Assembly: GCA_951406725.2 (NCBI GenBank)
Contig: OX597834.1
Coordinates: 45,818,001-45,882,000 of the forward strand
Direction of reading: 5' to 3'
DNA: 64,000 nt
DNA from: Octopus vulgaris
Lineage: Eukaryota
Below, in pieces: positions 12,750 to 25,814 of the stretch. A program made the translations under genes and the position numbers. The first letter of the stretch is position 1. Every line of letters begins with the position of its first letter. The notes under the pieces are model-generated. The model saw nothing but the letters and a program-made list of their open reading frames with translations, had not been told where the DNA came from and did no database searches.

Positions 12750-14746
12750 GTAGGAAACACATGCACTCACACACACATCTTTGAGTTTATTTCATTTTAA
12801 CATTTCTAGTGCACACAGCCATCTTCATCTTTCTATTAAAGAATCAGCAGCTACGCCACTACTACTACTACTACCACTACCACTACTACAACTTCTACCA
12901 CTACCACTACTACTACTATTATTATTATTACTACTATTTACTCTCCTGCTGCCGCTGATGATGATAATGATGCTGCTGCTGCTGATGATGATGATAATGA
13001 TGATGATGATGATGATAAGGTTGCTGCTGCTGACCCTTCTGTACCTCTCGAAGTTTCTGTTTCTATGTTTCTCATACTTTCTCTCCCCACCACCCATCCA
13101 CCAGTTTAATCTCTTTCGTTTCGCTTTCGCTCTCTCTCTCTCCCTCTCTCTTTCTCTCTTGTTTTACATGATTTCTTTGTATGCCATACTCCCAACGATT
13201 TCCTTTACCTTCCTCTACTCCTCTCGCTCCCCCCCCCGTTGACTTCCCGAATCCTGCCGCCGCCGCCGCTCCGCAGTCGATGCCGACATTACATTCTCAC
13301 ACTGTTTTCTTGAATGACGTCGATGAGGACGGCTGTTCTTAAATTCCTCTCCTTCACTTTTCTATTTGATTCCACCGATGTTCCTTCGCTCTGGCAGCTT
13401 TGTCTTTTGTAGGCGCTCAATCAATTACTAAAATACAAAGAATAATCTAAATATATTTCTGGGTTTTTCTTTTGTGCGCGTTTTGTATGTTTCCTCGAAC
13501 TTCTTGACCAACAGTATCTTGGTTCTCTCCATGTTCTAAACCACTTGCACTTTCTTCACTATTTGAAACTCATAGGGCAGTAAGTTCGGGTTCACTTTCA
13601 CGCCAGCTCAATTCATCATCAAAATCGTCTTTTCTAACCTCTAGCCTCAACAGAACCTGAAATCAAAGAATTATATATTTATAACATACATGGTGCGATA
13701 GTGACAATTTGACATCGACCCTAATAATGGAATCATAATAATAATAACAACAGAGACAGAATTGCAAAACTGTAAAATGTTAATAAGAGCTTTAAAAAGA
13801 ATGCAATATTGAATCGTAAAACCTGTCAGTTTGAATCATCTGGTGTTTTGAATAAGGCTGGGGTTATGTTGACCCCATGCTACCGGTTAAGGGATAAAGG
13901 AATACTTATAGCAAAGAGACCACAAGTTATAAATTTTCACAGATAACATCTGTATTTAACATATATATTCTTATCATCAGCTGCACATCGGATATCATTA
14001 TGGTTTTGACACATGGGAGATATCATTCTATCCAATGGTATTAACAGCGTTAAAGGCAGAAAAGTGGTTAGGAATTAATAGCCAAGGAACAAAAGTAAAA
14101 CATTAACGTAATATATCCATTCCATCAACAACTGCTCATTATTACAACTGCTAACGCCAGATCTCAAACATAAATTATAAGCAAGTTTGTATATATCTCT
14201 ATCTATCTATGTAAATCTCTCTCTCACATACACGCACATACCTGTATATGTGTTTGTGAGTGCGTGGGTGTGCGTGTGTGCATAATCTTATACAAGGTTA
14301 GGTGTAATCTTTTAGACTTTATGATGTACCTGTACCTGTGAAGGCATAAGATCAAGGGAAGATGAAGAATCGCTATAGAAATTAGTTTTCTAAATAAAAG
14401 TCGAGATGATTGTAACTGTAAGACGAGTCTAAACAATATAAAGTGGCAAGGATATTTGAATGTTGATAAGAGACTGTTTGAATAGCAGGATTAATAGCCG
14501 CACGTCCTGATCAATACGTGTTCACCACCTCATCAATCAACCTTTACAGCGTGATAATTCCTTATTGTCAGCTTCCTGGATGTAATTCTGTCAGGAAATG
14601 CGTGCCAAGTCAGAGATTATAGTATTACATAATGTCTACTTTATGTTTGGAGACAGGCAGGCTTATTAAGAAAAGCAATAGGGGGTCGCCCAATTTGCTA
14701 GAAATGATAACCTCCTCCTTCTTCTTCTTCTTCTTCTTCTTCTTCT

Positions 14747-14780
<34 letters not shown>

Positions 14781-14998
14781 GGGAAGAACTATCCGGATTG
14801 AAATGTTTTGCTTTAATATTCTCTGACAGGAGAATTGATTCAAAATGGTGAATGCCGTGGGACTATTCCCCACGTGCGTCTGCTCAGCCCAATGGAGGTT
14901 TTGGGCTGGTTTTAAAAAAAAACTGCCAATACTGCAACTTATAGCAAAAACAACAATATCAACAACAACAACAACGAGAACAGTAATATAAATGAAAT

Positions 14999-15213
14999 TT
15001 CCATTCTGTTATAGGCACAAGGCCTGAAATTTGTGAGGAGCGGACTGATCGATTACATTAACCCCAGTGTTTGACTGGTACTTAAATTATCGGACCCAAG
15101 GGTTTAGAAGCAAAGTCGACGCCGGCGGCATTTGATCTCAGAACACGAAGACAGACGAAATGACGCGAAGTATGTCGCCCAGCATGCTAATGATTCTGTC
15201 AGCTCTGCCGCCT

Positions 15214-15214
<1 letters not shown>
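14999..15214 (-). mobile_element. SINE family C copy
   Basis: Full-length minus-strand match from aaggcggcagagctgacagaatc to ggccttgtgcctataac. Confidence 0.8.
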
Positions 15215-15249
<35 letters not shown>

Positions 15250-15544
15250 GTAATAATAATAATAATAATAGTAATAATAATAATAATAATAGTATTAATA
15301 ATAATAATCATCATTTCATTTCTAATAAAGGCACAAGGCCTGAAATTTTGGTAAATCAACTTAGGCGGAATTTGAACTCAGGACGAGATGACGGATTAAA
15401 TACCTCCAAACATCTTATTTTACAAGCGAACATTAACACTTCGGGTAACTTTGCTGATTTAGTATTTGGATTCGGTGTTATTCTATATACTCTCACACAT
15501 TTCGTTAATGCCTCGTCATTATCTACCTGGTTCCTACCTTTTCT

Positions 15545-15870
15545 TAGAGTTCTTTTGGACGTGCCGACAAAACTTTCCCTCTGACCATTTGACCTCGATA
15601 AGGATGTGCTTTATGGCATGAATTTTGTAGAAATTTCTGAATTCATATCCCGCGAATAGTGTTCCAGTATCTGAAGCTAACGTGTCTCGAACACCATATC
15701 GAGAAAATAACTCAAGTAGGAACTCTATAGTTGACTTTGCTGTGTATTTATTGCATCTGCATGCCGGTGGCCACTTTGTATAGCCATCGGCAACGATTAG
15801 ATAGTATGCGCAGTTCACTGGTCCAGCGTAGTCGATAGGTATTCTGGCCCGTGGTCTATCGGTGTTTGCA
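15545..15870 (-). pseudogene. Ty3/Gypsy integrase (rve core) fragment
   Basis: ORF 15534-15890 has RIPIDYAGP..YLIVADGYTKWP..FSRYGVRDTLASDTGTLF..EF, matching the Gypsy RIHIDFAGP..VDAYSKWPE..FG.P..LVSDNG.QF pattern. No LTR or RT nearby. Confidence 0.9.
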
Positions 15871-15980
15871 TAGAGGCCTAATTTGTCCAAAGAGTAGTTG
15901 CGGAAACGTCGGCGGAAGTCGTCCGCAGAACGTAAAGACAGGCGAAATGCCGCTAAGAATTCAGCCTGGCGTTCTAACCA

Positions 15981-16217
15981 TACTTACTTCTTTATTGCCC
16001 ACAAGGGGCTAAACATAGAGGGGACAAATAAGGACAGACAAACAGATTAAGTCGATTATATCGACGTCAGTGCGTAACTGGTACTTAATTTATTGACCCT
16101 GAAAGGATGAAAGGCAATGTCGACCTCGGCGGAATTTGAACTCAGAACTTAACGGCAGACAAAATACGGTTACGCATTTCGCCCGTCGTGCTAACGTTTC
16201 TGCCAGATCGCCGCCTT
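15981..16217 (-). mobile_element. SINE family C copy (variant tail)
   Basis: gtcgacctcggcggaatttgaactcagaac core; tail ...tttagccccttgtgggcaataaagaag on the minus strand. Confidence 0.9.
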
Positions 16218-16548
16218 TAGATCAAATACTATATTAACAACAGAAGGTAGTTGCACGCAGCTGATTAGCTTTCATAGCAACAAGCAGGACCCGTGAATAT
16301 TTCACGGGATTAATGATAAATCTACTGGGTTATTTCTGAAAACTGTATCTACAAAAAGCCTGTGTTGTGTCTGTATGGAAAGATAGTCGCTCATCTGCTA
16401 CTCATTGAAAAGTGAAAGATATTGGGATTCGATGATTACTTAATGCGCTTCATACTTACATTTTATATCTTCTTAGTTTATTCACAATTTTATAGATTCA
16501 AAACACACGATTCAAAAAATAATTATTCACTCCTATTTTTTTTTTTCT

Positions 16549-16607
<59 letters not shown>

Positions 16608-17327
16608 CCTTAACCCCGCCATCAGAACAACACCCTTCTGCTGAAATTACATTTTAAAATCTCCTCCACCTTCAACAAACTTTTTAACCACCTAATAAAT
16701 ATTATTTTCCCCCTACCTCACGTCATGGACGCTTTTCTTTCCCTTTTTTTACTTTGTCCTGTCTTTCTGGCTCACTCTTCGGCTTATCCTCTTTTTCTCT
16801 CTCCTTTTCTTTTCTCCTTTCTTTCCCTTCAACAATTATATTCCCTTAACCTCACGTCATGGACAATTCTCTCTCCATCTCTTCTCCCTCCCACTTTTCT
16901 CTTTCCTTTTCTCCCTCCATCGCTGCTTTTCTTTTCCCTTTTCTTTCACCCACCCTCTTTTCTCTTTCCTTTTCTTTCTCCCTCTTTTTCTCTAATAACG
17001 TGAAAGCCTTCCTTTGGGGTAAGTAACGCAATGTCAATCAGAATTATTGTAAGAACCTATTCTACACACGCACATATAAATACAAACAAGAGAGTAGAAT
17101 ATTTGCCTCGCAACAATACATTTCACATTTATTTTTTCCTGAGAGAGTCTAAAACCCAAAATGTCTACTTAAAGTTACTCGTGTAAACCATTGAATTATC
17201 TCAATTCTCATAACAAGCATATTTCTGGATACTCGAAAACAGAAAAAATCATTTACAATATATATCTGTCCTTTATCGATCTATCTAATTCTCTGTATCT
17301 TTCTCTCTCTGTCTCCCTCTCTTTGTT

Positions 17328-17423
<96 letters not shown>

Positions 17424-17427
17424 TGTA

Positions 17428-17642
17428 TACGAGGAGTTTTGAAACATTTACTGGCTTTAAGGTTATCGCAGAAAGCCTGGTTGGAGCGCCAGTCATCAGA
17501 GTTCTTTTGCAGGGCTTAGAGGAAGTGAGGGACTGCTGCAATGTGGGAATCGGAGATGGGAATGTGCTAGATAAAATCATAATTAACTGATCTTCCTGTA
17601 TTTTCTAATACCCAAAATCAGGAACTTTTCAGCATTGCCTAG
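17428..17642 (+). mobile_element. Mariner-derived MITE (internally deleted)
   Basis: Imperfect TIRs tacgaggagttttgaaacatttactggcttt / aaaatcaggaacttttcagcattgcctag. Interior resembles a decayed mariner C-terminus, and a related TIR fragment lies at 29572-29599. Confidence 0.55.
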
Positions 17643-17868
17643 GGCAAAAGGACGCAGAGTGTAACTGACATAACGCACTGAAAGCTTTCGGTGCCATAGA
17701 CACACAGACACACACACACACACACACATACACACACAAAAAATATGCGTGCCTGTGTATGTATGTGCCCAATATGTATCAAACGTATAAGCAAACAACC
17801 CCTCACACATATGCCTGTCTGCTAATATCAATATATATATATATATATAATCAAATGTATACATACAT

Positions 17869-17904
<36 letters not shown>

Positions 17905-18814
17905 AATATATACATACCTGCTCACATTCATACTCGCACGCACACAAACACACATGTGCGCACACACACACTCACACACAGCTATATAATATACTGACAC
18001 ATATATATGCTATTCACAATATTTCCACGGAATATTATGCTTTCGTTTTTTCATACAGACAAAAAAAAAAACGAAGTATCTTCGTATTTCAGACAATGGC
18101 TAAAATTCTTATTATTTATTTACTAGTTATTGATTGTTATCATAATGTTTTTTTTTGTTGCTGTTTTCTTTTCTATTTATTTCATTTTACGTATGTTTTT
18201 CTTTATAATCTTTACATTCGATCGAACGAAATAAAAAATAAACGAAAAGAAAACGAAAGCCAAACGAAAGGACACTGGCTTTTGTTAGCCATTGTTTGTG
18301 TATCTTTGTGATGTCTATTTAATTATTACTTTTATTTTGAGAAGAAATAAAAAGCAAAATACAACCTATTTTCTTTAGTTGAAAGAAGTGTTGTGACAAA
18401 ACGAAAAAAATGGTGATTCCTTTATTGAATTTCGTGCTTGAGACTAATACGTAACGGGTTTATTAATTCCAAGTATTTTTTTTAGCATTAACAAGACAAG
18501 AACATCGAAACTATAGCTTTACATTATATATTGTTGAGACAAATAATTATATATTTCTATTGATGAATAGAAAGACAAGTGTTGGCAGATAAATTCGTAC
18601 GTTTTTTTTCTTCTATCTAATGCATTTTATAGACATATGTCTGATAAAACTTAAAATTTATTCAAAATTCAGAAACGTTAATCAAAAATAGTTGAAGAAT
18701 AGAGTTGCAATAAAATATTTTTTGAATTAATTCAAATAATTTTGTGTCAGACAACTTCGTTCGTTTTTTTCGTACTTCGCATTCTTTCATTGTCGTTTGT
18801 CTAAAAGGGGTTTG

Positions 18815-18991
18815 CTCTTTTACTTGTTTCAATCATTCCACAGTGGCTATGCTGGAGCAACGCCTTTATTCGAGCAAATTATTTGTAAGCCTAGTATTTA
18901 TTCTATCGGTTTCTTTTGCCGAACCACTAAGTTACGGAGACGTAAACACTCCAGCATCGGCTGTCAAGCGATGTTGTGGGGACAAATACAA

Positions 18992-19043
<52 letters not shown>

Positions 19044-19208
19044 GTATTTATTTACGACTGGCTTATTTCCGTTTCCGTCTACCAAAACCCCTCACATGGC
19101 TTTGGTCGGCCCGAGGCGATAGCAGAAGGCACTTGCCCAAGGTGCCACGCAGTGGAACTGAACCCAGAACCATGTGGTTGGGAAGCAAGGTTCTTATCAC
19201 ATAGTTAC
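18815..19208 (-). mobile_element. SINE family B, near full length with internal (TA)/(TG) microsatellite
   Basis: Head, cttgggcaagtg body, internal microsatellite and tail ggcgttgctccagcatagcc..gaaacaagtaaaag. Confidence 0.9.
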
Positions 19209-19363
19209 AGATACATAAATACGCACATGCACACACACATAGATGTGGTTCTCACATCAATTCTTTTGTACTTGGGCTTCAATAATGATATGCACTTCTT
19301 GTCTCGTGTGTAACATTTGTATAACTGTTCTCAGTACAGACGTGTTCTTTACCAGGACGTGCA

Positions 19364-19416
<53 letters not shown>

Positions 19417-20033
19417 GCCAGCTCGTACGGCCGTTTTACTTCAGTTAGAGAAGTAGTGTATGTATAGAGTGTGAATAGAGAAGGAAAACTTGAGGAAGAA
19501 CTAGGGAATGCTCCAGATATTAGGTGAAAGGAAAGGCTAAGAGCGAGAGCAAAAGACGGTGAGGGAAAAGAGAGAAAGAGAGAAGTATTGACGATGTATT
19601 GTAGGGTAGAGAGGGAAAGGTATAGGAAAAGAGATATGATTAGAATACAATGTTTAGATAAAGAGGATTATGTTCTTGTGGTCAGGTTAAAAATAATGTA
19701 GAGAGAGATGAACACGGAAGACAATCAGGGAGAGAAGTAGATAGCGTTTGTCTTGTCAGAAGAGAGTACTTCGATAGCGGGAAGAAGTAGATATTTAAAA
19801 CAAACGGCTGGACTGAAATGAAATGAAATTGGCTTTGTTACTTAAATTTATTGCGTGAAGAGAAAGATAGAAATATAAAGTGCTTAGCAGAGGGACATTT
19901 TAAAATCATATGATATATTATTGTCGCTCGAAGTGAAATAAGTTAACAAAATAAAAATAAAAATAATTCCTTTTTTCTTAAATACATTATCTTAACTTTT
20001 TTTCCATCTGTGGAATTTCAAAGAAATCCACTA

Positions 20034-20080
<47 letters not shown>

Positions 20081-20094
20081 GAGAGAGAGAGAGA

Positions 20095-20310
20095 CCAGTT
20101 GTATACTGTCAACTTAACGTGACAGTCCCATAAAGGGAATCACACCCACCTCTATTTAGCCCTAGGAAGCATCAACGCTTCCTGACGGCCTTGACACATT
20201 TCCTGTGTGCTTATGTTTACAAAGGGGAGACAAGCACTCCCAACAGCTAAGCCTGCCACCAGAGACTAGTTTCTGAGACTTGCTCGTCATCAGTCTGGAG
20301 TAGCATGGTT
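20095..20310 (-). mobile_element. Hairpin-rich HHR-bearing unit (retrozyme-like or PLE-derived)
   Basis: HHR at 20298-20259 followed by five short perfect hairpins, abutting (GA)n/(TA)n. Confidence 0.55.
20259..20298 (-). ncRNA. Minimal type-I hammerhead ribozyme, canonical core
   Basis: Minus strand CCAGA-CTGATGA-cgag caagt ctca-GAAA-CTAG-TC-TCTGG: perfect core, 5-bp stem I, palindromic ACTAGT stem III, GUC triplet. The only defect is a C.A mismatch at the base of stem II. Confidence 0.85.
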
Positions 20311-20877
20311 TGCTTTTCTCTTTATTATAGGCACAAGGCCTGCATAGAGAGGGGACATAACAAGACAAACGGGGACATAAAACAAATGATGTATGATTGA
20401 TGGAATGATTAACAATAATGGGAAGGAGACGGTTCGACTCTCTTCCGCTGCGAGACGAACCGTCAACTTTTCACATTAATTCTCAATACCATCGGGTCTC
20501 ACTGTGAGGCGAAACCACGATGGTCTTCTTATCATTATCGTATAAAATATATCATTAATTGTTCACATTAGTCTTTCTATTTTCCTTTTCTATTATTTTT
20601 CTTTTTTTCTAAGAATTAAATTTTTTCCTTTTTGTTTACAATGCTACAAAACAAATAACGCAAGTTCAATTCTCAATTCATTCGCAGTTCAATTCACATT
20701 TTTTTTAAACATTAGTTGCATTACACTCGTAATTATACTTACCGTCTACATTTTCCAACCATATTTATTCTATATACATTTCTTTTTCCTCTCCTTCTCT
20801 TTCGTTTCTTGTGTTTTCCTTCTCGAGTCTACCGCTTCGTTCACATCCTTCTCCGTTTGTGTATCTGTAATTTCTCC

Positions 20878-21031
20878 CGGTTGCAACTCATTTCTATAGC
20901 GGAGTGAACTGGAGCAACATAAAATAATGTGTCTTGCTGGAGGACACAATACACACTCCAAGTTCGGGAATTAAACCCACTACCTCATGATTCTGAGCAC
21001 AAAACTCTAACCACTGAGCTATGCGCTTTCT

Positions 21032-21035
<4 letters not shown>
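20878..21035 (-). mobile_element. SINE family D, 5' part (tRNA head plus CORE-like body)
   Basis: tagctcagtggttagag..gggtttaattcc..gcaagacac..ttgctccagttcactccgct..aaatgagtt. Confidence 0.75.
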
Positions 21036-21102
<67 letters not shown>

Positions 21103-21129
21103 GTGTGTGTGTATGTATGTATTGTATAT

Positions 21130-21715
21130 CCAGTGTCAAGTTGATCACAAAACTTGAGGCGATCCAACGAAGCTACACGAAGAAGATAGCCTCTATGCAG
21201 AATATAAGCTACTGGGAAAGACTCAAGAGATTAAAATTATATTCCCTGGAGCGTAGGCGGGAAAGATATGCCATAATATACATCTGGAAGATCCTGGAGG
21301 GAAGTGTCCTGAACTTTGGCATCGAGAGTTACGCAAATGCCAGAACTGGGCGCCACTGCGTGGTGCCTAGGACTCCAAACTTGCCATCAAGATGTAGGAC
21401 AAGATTCTGTGATAGCCTGGGCTTCCGAGGCCCGCAGCTCTTCAATATCCTCCCGAAGAACCTGAGAGACCTGCATGGGGTGGATACAGATGTCTTTAAA
21501 ATGGAGCTGGATCTCTTCCTGTCAGGTGTCCCAGATGAACCAACTTCACGGCAGGAGGGGCAGATGAGGGCAGCTGCATCGAACTCTCTCATGCACCAAA
21601 TAGCAGTTGCTAGAAAGCCTCCATGAAGTGAAACCAAGTAGCAACACCAAATGGCGGTGCCCCAGCATGGCCACAGCTCATAAGCTGAAACTAGAATCAA
21701 TCAATCAATCAATCA

Positions 21716-21716
<1 letters not shown>
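21130..21716 (+). mobile_element. 5'-truncated non-LTR retrotransposon (CR1/L2-like group, clade uncertain): ORF2 C-terminus, 3' UTR, (AATC)n tail
   Basis: Uninterrupted frame LEAIQRSYTKKI..SYWERLKRLKLYSLERRRERY..GPQLFNILP..FKMELDLFLSGVPDEP to the stop at 21626, then a 3' stem-loop and (aatc)n. Confidence 0.92.
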
Positions 21717-22510
<794 letters not shown>

Positions 22511-23117
22511 ATAAACGGAGTAGATAAACATTTATTCATATGCGTTGATTCATGCTGTGACACACACACACACACACACACGTGTGTGTGTGTGGAACTT
22601 ATATAGTAAAAGATCAACCTAAGTCACGTAAAAAAAAAGCACCTGCATAAAAACGGTAAGAATTCCTTCATTCTTTTCTTGACGTGTGAAATCGCTTTCT
22701 GTTGTTTTTTTTTTCTTTTCTTTTTCCCGTCCTTATTGATTTTGTACGTAAGTCGAAGTGACAACCTTACGTTAAAACACACAGGAAATTAATTTCGCGA
22801 CCCACTTTGTGATATGTTGTGTCGCACAAATAAAATTATGTCAAGAGAGAAATCTATAAAAGAATATGTTATTACTAATCACCTTGTCTTACATATTATC
22901 TATCAAAATGATTCATACTTTCTTTTTTCGAAATCTTGACGACAAACTAATTTCGTAAATTTGATTTCCATATAATTACCTATAATTGATATTTCTGCAC
23001 TTTCTGTGACTTATATCTAGCAGTTCGTGAGTGATTTCTATCACATACGCACGCCCATGTATATGCGCGATCTTTACACATATGTTTAGATATATATATT
23101 TGTGTGTGTATATATAC

Positions 23118-23173
<56 letters not shown>

Positions 23174-23306
23174 GTATATGTGTGTGTGTGTATATATATA
23201 TATATACACTCATACATGTGTACGCACCCGCATGTATATGCATATTTACTTATGTATACATATATAGGCATATAAGCACATATATATATGTATGTATATA
23301 TATATA

Positions 23307-23449
23307 CTTTATTTAAAGCAGCAGAAAATTCAACAAAATCTGTCAGATTTTGTTGAATTTTCTGCTGCTTTAAATAAAGCATATTACTCTACCACTGGTA
23401 TTTGAGTACTCTTTTTTCCACTTTGTTTCACATTTATGCGTTTACTCCG

Positions 23450-23450
<1 letters not shown>
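23307..23450. mobile_element. Fold-back Penelope-like pLTR remnant in (TA)n, copy 2
   Basis: Perfect 36-bp arms at 23307-23342 and 23344-23379 with a 1-nt spacer. The long arm matches the reverse complement of 3180-3280. Confidence 0.75.
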
Positions 23451-23502
<52 letters not shown>

Positions 23503-23508
23503 TATATG

Positions 23509-23555
<47 letters not shown>

Positions 23556-23800
23556 TTATTGCACATATATTTGTTGATAATTAACGATGTTACTAATAGG
23601 TGAGCAATGTTTTTAATTAATGAGTGAAGCGTCATAAGAGATTGAGAAATGAAAAGTTCCGTTTTGGCGTTCCAATCGAACGCTCTTCGACTGCCTCCCT
23701 CGTTCCGACACTGTTCAGTCGACTTAACTTCGTTCAAAATCTTTGCATGCACATTCGCAGAGAAGTTTTCCTAAACACGCACCTATGTATCACAAATAAT

Positions 23801-23846
<46 letters not shown>

Positions 23847-24111
23847 AAACAAACAAACACATACACACTCACACACGTAGACACACATTTGTACGTACAC
23901 GTTCATACATCTTTCACTTTCTTCTCTTCCTCACTTTAAAATAAAAGTAAATAACTAAAAAAAAATTACGGAAATTAATAAACAAAAACCCGCTGATCCG
24001 GATGACAGTTCTGAGAGTCAAAGAGACGGTTATGATAGTCAAAGCGAAAGATCGCCCCAAGGGAATACCATACAAAAATTGTTTGGAGTTTATTCAACGT
24101 ATCTCAGCTCC

Positions 24112-24230
24112 AAAGATTTGGCTGCTATTTCTCGCACGCCCTGTGGCCACGTAACAAGTATTTGCTATAAAGGACCCGAAATATCTGCTATATGGTAGCA
24201 TGGCGTGCTAGAAATAGCAGCCAAGTCTTT
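24112..24230. repeat. 29-bp inverted repeat (27/29), MITE-like
   Basis: aaagatttggctgctatttctcgcacgcc ... ggcgtgctagaaatagcagccaagtcttt. Confidence 0.75.
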
Positions 24231-25814
24231 CCTTTGCTGGGGAAAGGAGCCGTTCACTCGTGATTTCGATTTCACGTTGAAATCACGCGAAATAACTTGG
24301 AAAAAGAAAAAACCTAGAAAACAAAACTCCGTTGCTGGGAAACTCAGACTTTCCAGGTCACGGGTCACGGGTAGTCTAGATTTCTACTGAATATACTTCG
24401 CATATTAAAATTAGATACGCTAAGTACTCCGTAATAATTTGAAGTGATTCGAAGAAAGTACGAATGGAGTGCATTTGTTTAAGGTAGTTCTCAGTCTGCT
24501 AAGAAGTGACCCACATGTGATTTCTTGACCTTCCTCCGCTCTACATATACAATGAGACATGCAGGATCCAGTTAAGGAAAATGCAACTGACCGACGCTGA
24601 CCTGGTCATAGTTTTGAGTGAAGCCTTCTATGGCATGTCTGTCATGCTACGTATCGTCACTCGTCCGGATATCTAAACACTTTGTAGCTCCATCCCTGGC
24701 GGTCAGGCTGATGACGAGGACCTGGCTAAGTGCGACCGATCGACATAGAACCCAGCGATGGAACAAGCGGATGATGGTTACTAGGTAGAGTGATAGAGTA
24801 AATAGCTTATTGCAAGATGATTGGATAAGGATGATGTATGGGTTGATCTAACTCATACTGTAGCCGTCATACATCTGACTATGCAAATAGATAGATAGAT
24901 AGATAGATAGAAAAAGAGAAAGGGAGAGCGAGAGAGAGAGAGAGAGATGTGTATGCATGTGTATCTGTGCTTTTTTGTGTGGAAGCGCGGATGTTTGTTT
25001 ATATATATTTTACCGATATATACGTTTCTGTACAAACCTGTATTTATGTATGTCCCGTTGTGTATACATCTTGTTATATATACATATATCTCTCCCTCTC
25101 TCTCCTTCTCGCTCTCCATCTACCACCCTCTCTTTTCATTCTCTCCTTCTCTGCTGCTCTCATACCCTCTCTTTCTCTCTCCCTCTCCCTCTCTCTTATT
25201 CCCCGTCTCTATCTCTATCCTTCTCTTTCTCATTCACTCTACTTGTAACCTCCAGGGAATGGCTAATCTCTTGTTTGTTAAAGTCCGTCTTACAAAATGT
25301 CATTCAATGTGAATTAACTCTATTATTTCTCAGGTGCGCATTACTATTTATGCATTCAGTAAAGTTGAATGAGAAATTTCTCTCTTGTATAAACTGAACA
25401 TTTGCGAAAACACTTCAAAAGTAACCTTGGTCTGCTGTTACTTTATTCCGCTAACAATGGACGACAACGAAGCCAATTTATTCCGAACGCTTTTGCACTT
25501 TGCAATCTGGATTTTAGTCGAGATGGTGATTGTTTTGTTAAGCACTTACCTCGCAATCAATCAAATTATGTCCAATTGAATTCTCCAGAAGATACTCTAT
25601 TGATTGTATTAAGTTTCGTTTGTTGGTAACCTTTAGTATTTCAAGTCGAAACCTTCGGAGAAATTTTTGTAAGCATTCCAGAGATTAGAAATCCGGAACC
25701 CAAAATTAAAGTGTTATTGACTTTCATGTTCATGGTAGTCTGCATGATATGAATATTAAAGTTGAGTTGTATTCGATAAACTAAATACCAGTAATATGCC
25801 ATCTGATGCGTCGT

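Noticed and set aside
24560-24790. CTGATGA at 24708 and a possible RTE-like 3' end
   Set aside because: No GAAA partner, and peptide similarity is too vague.
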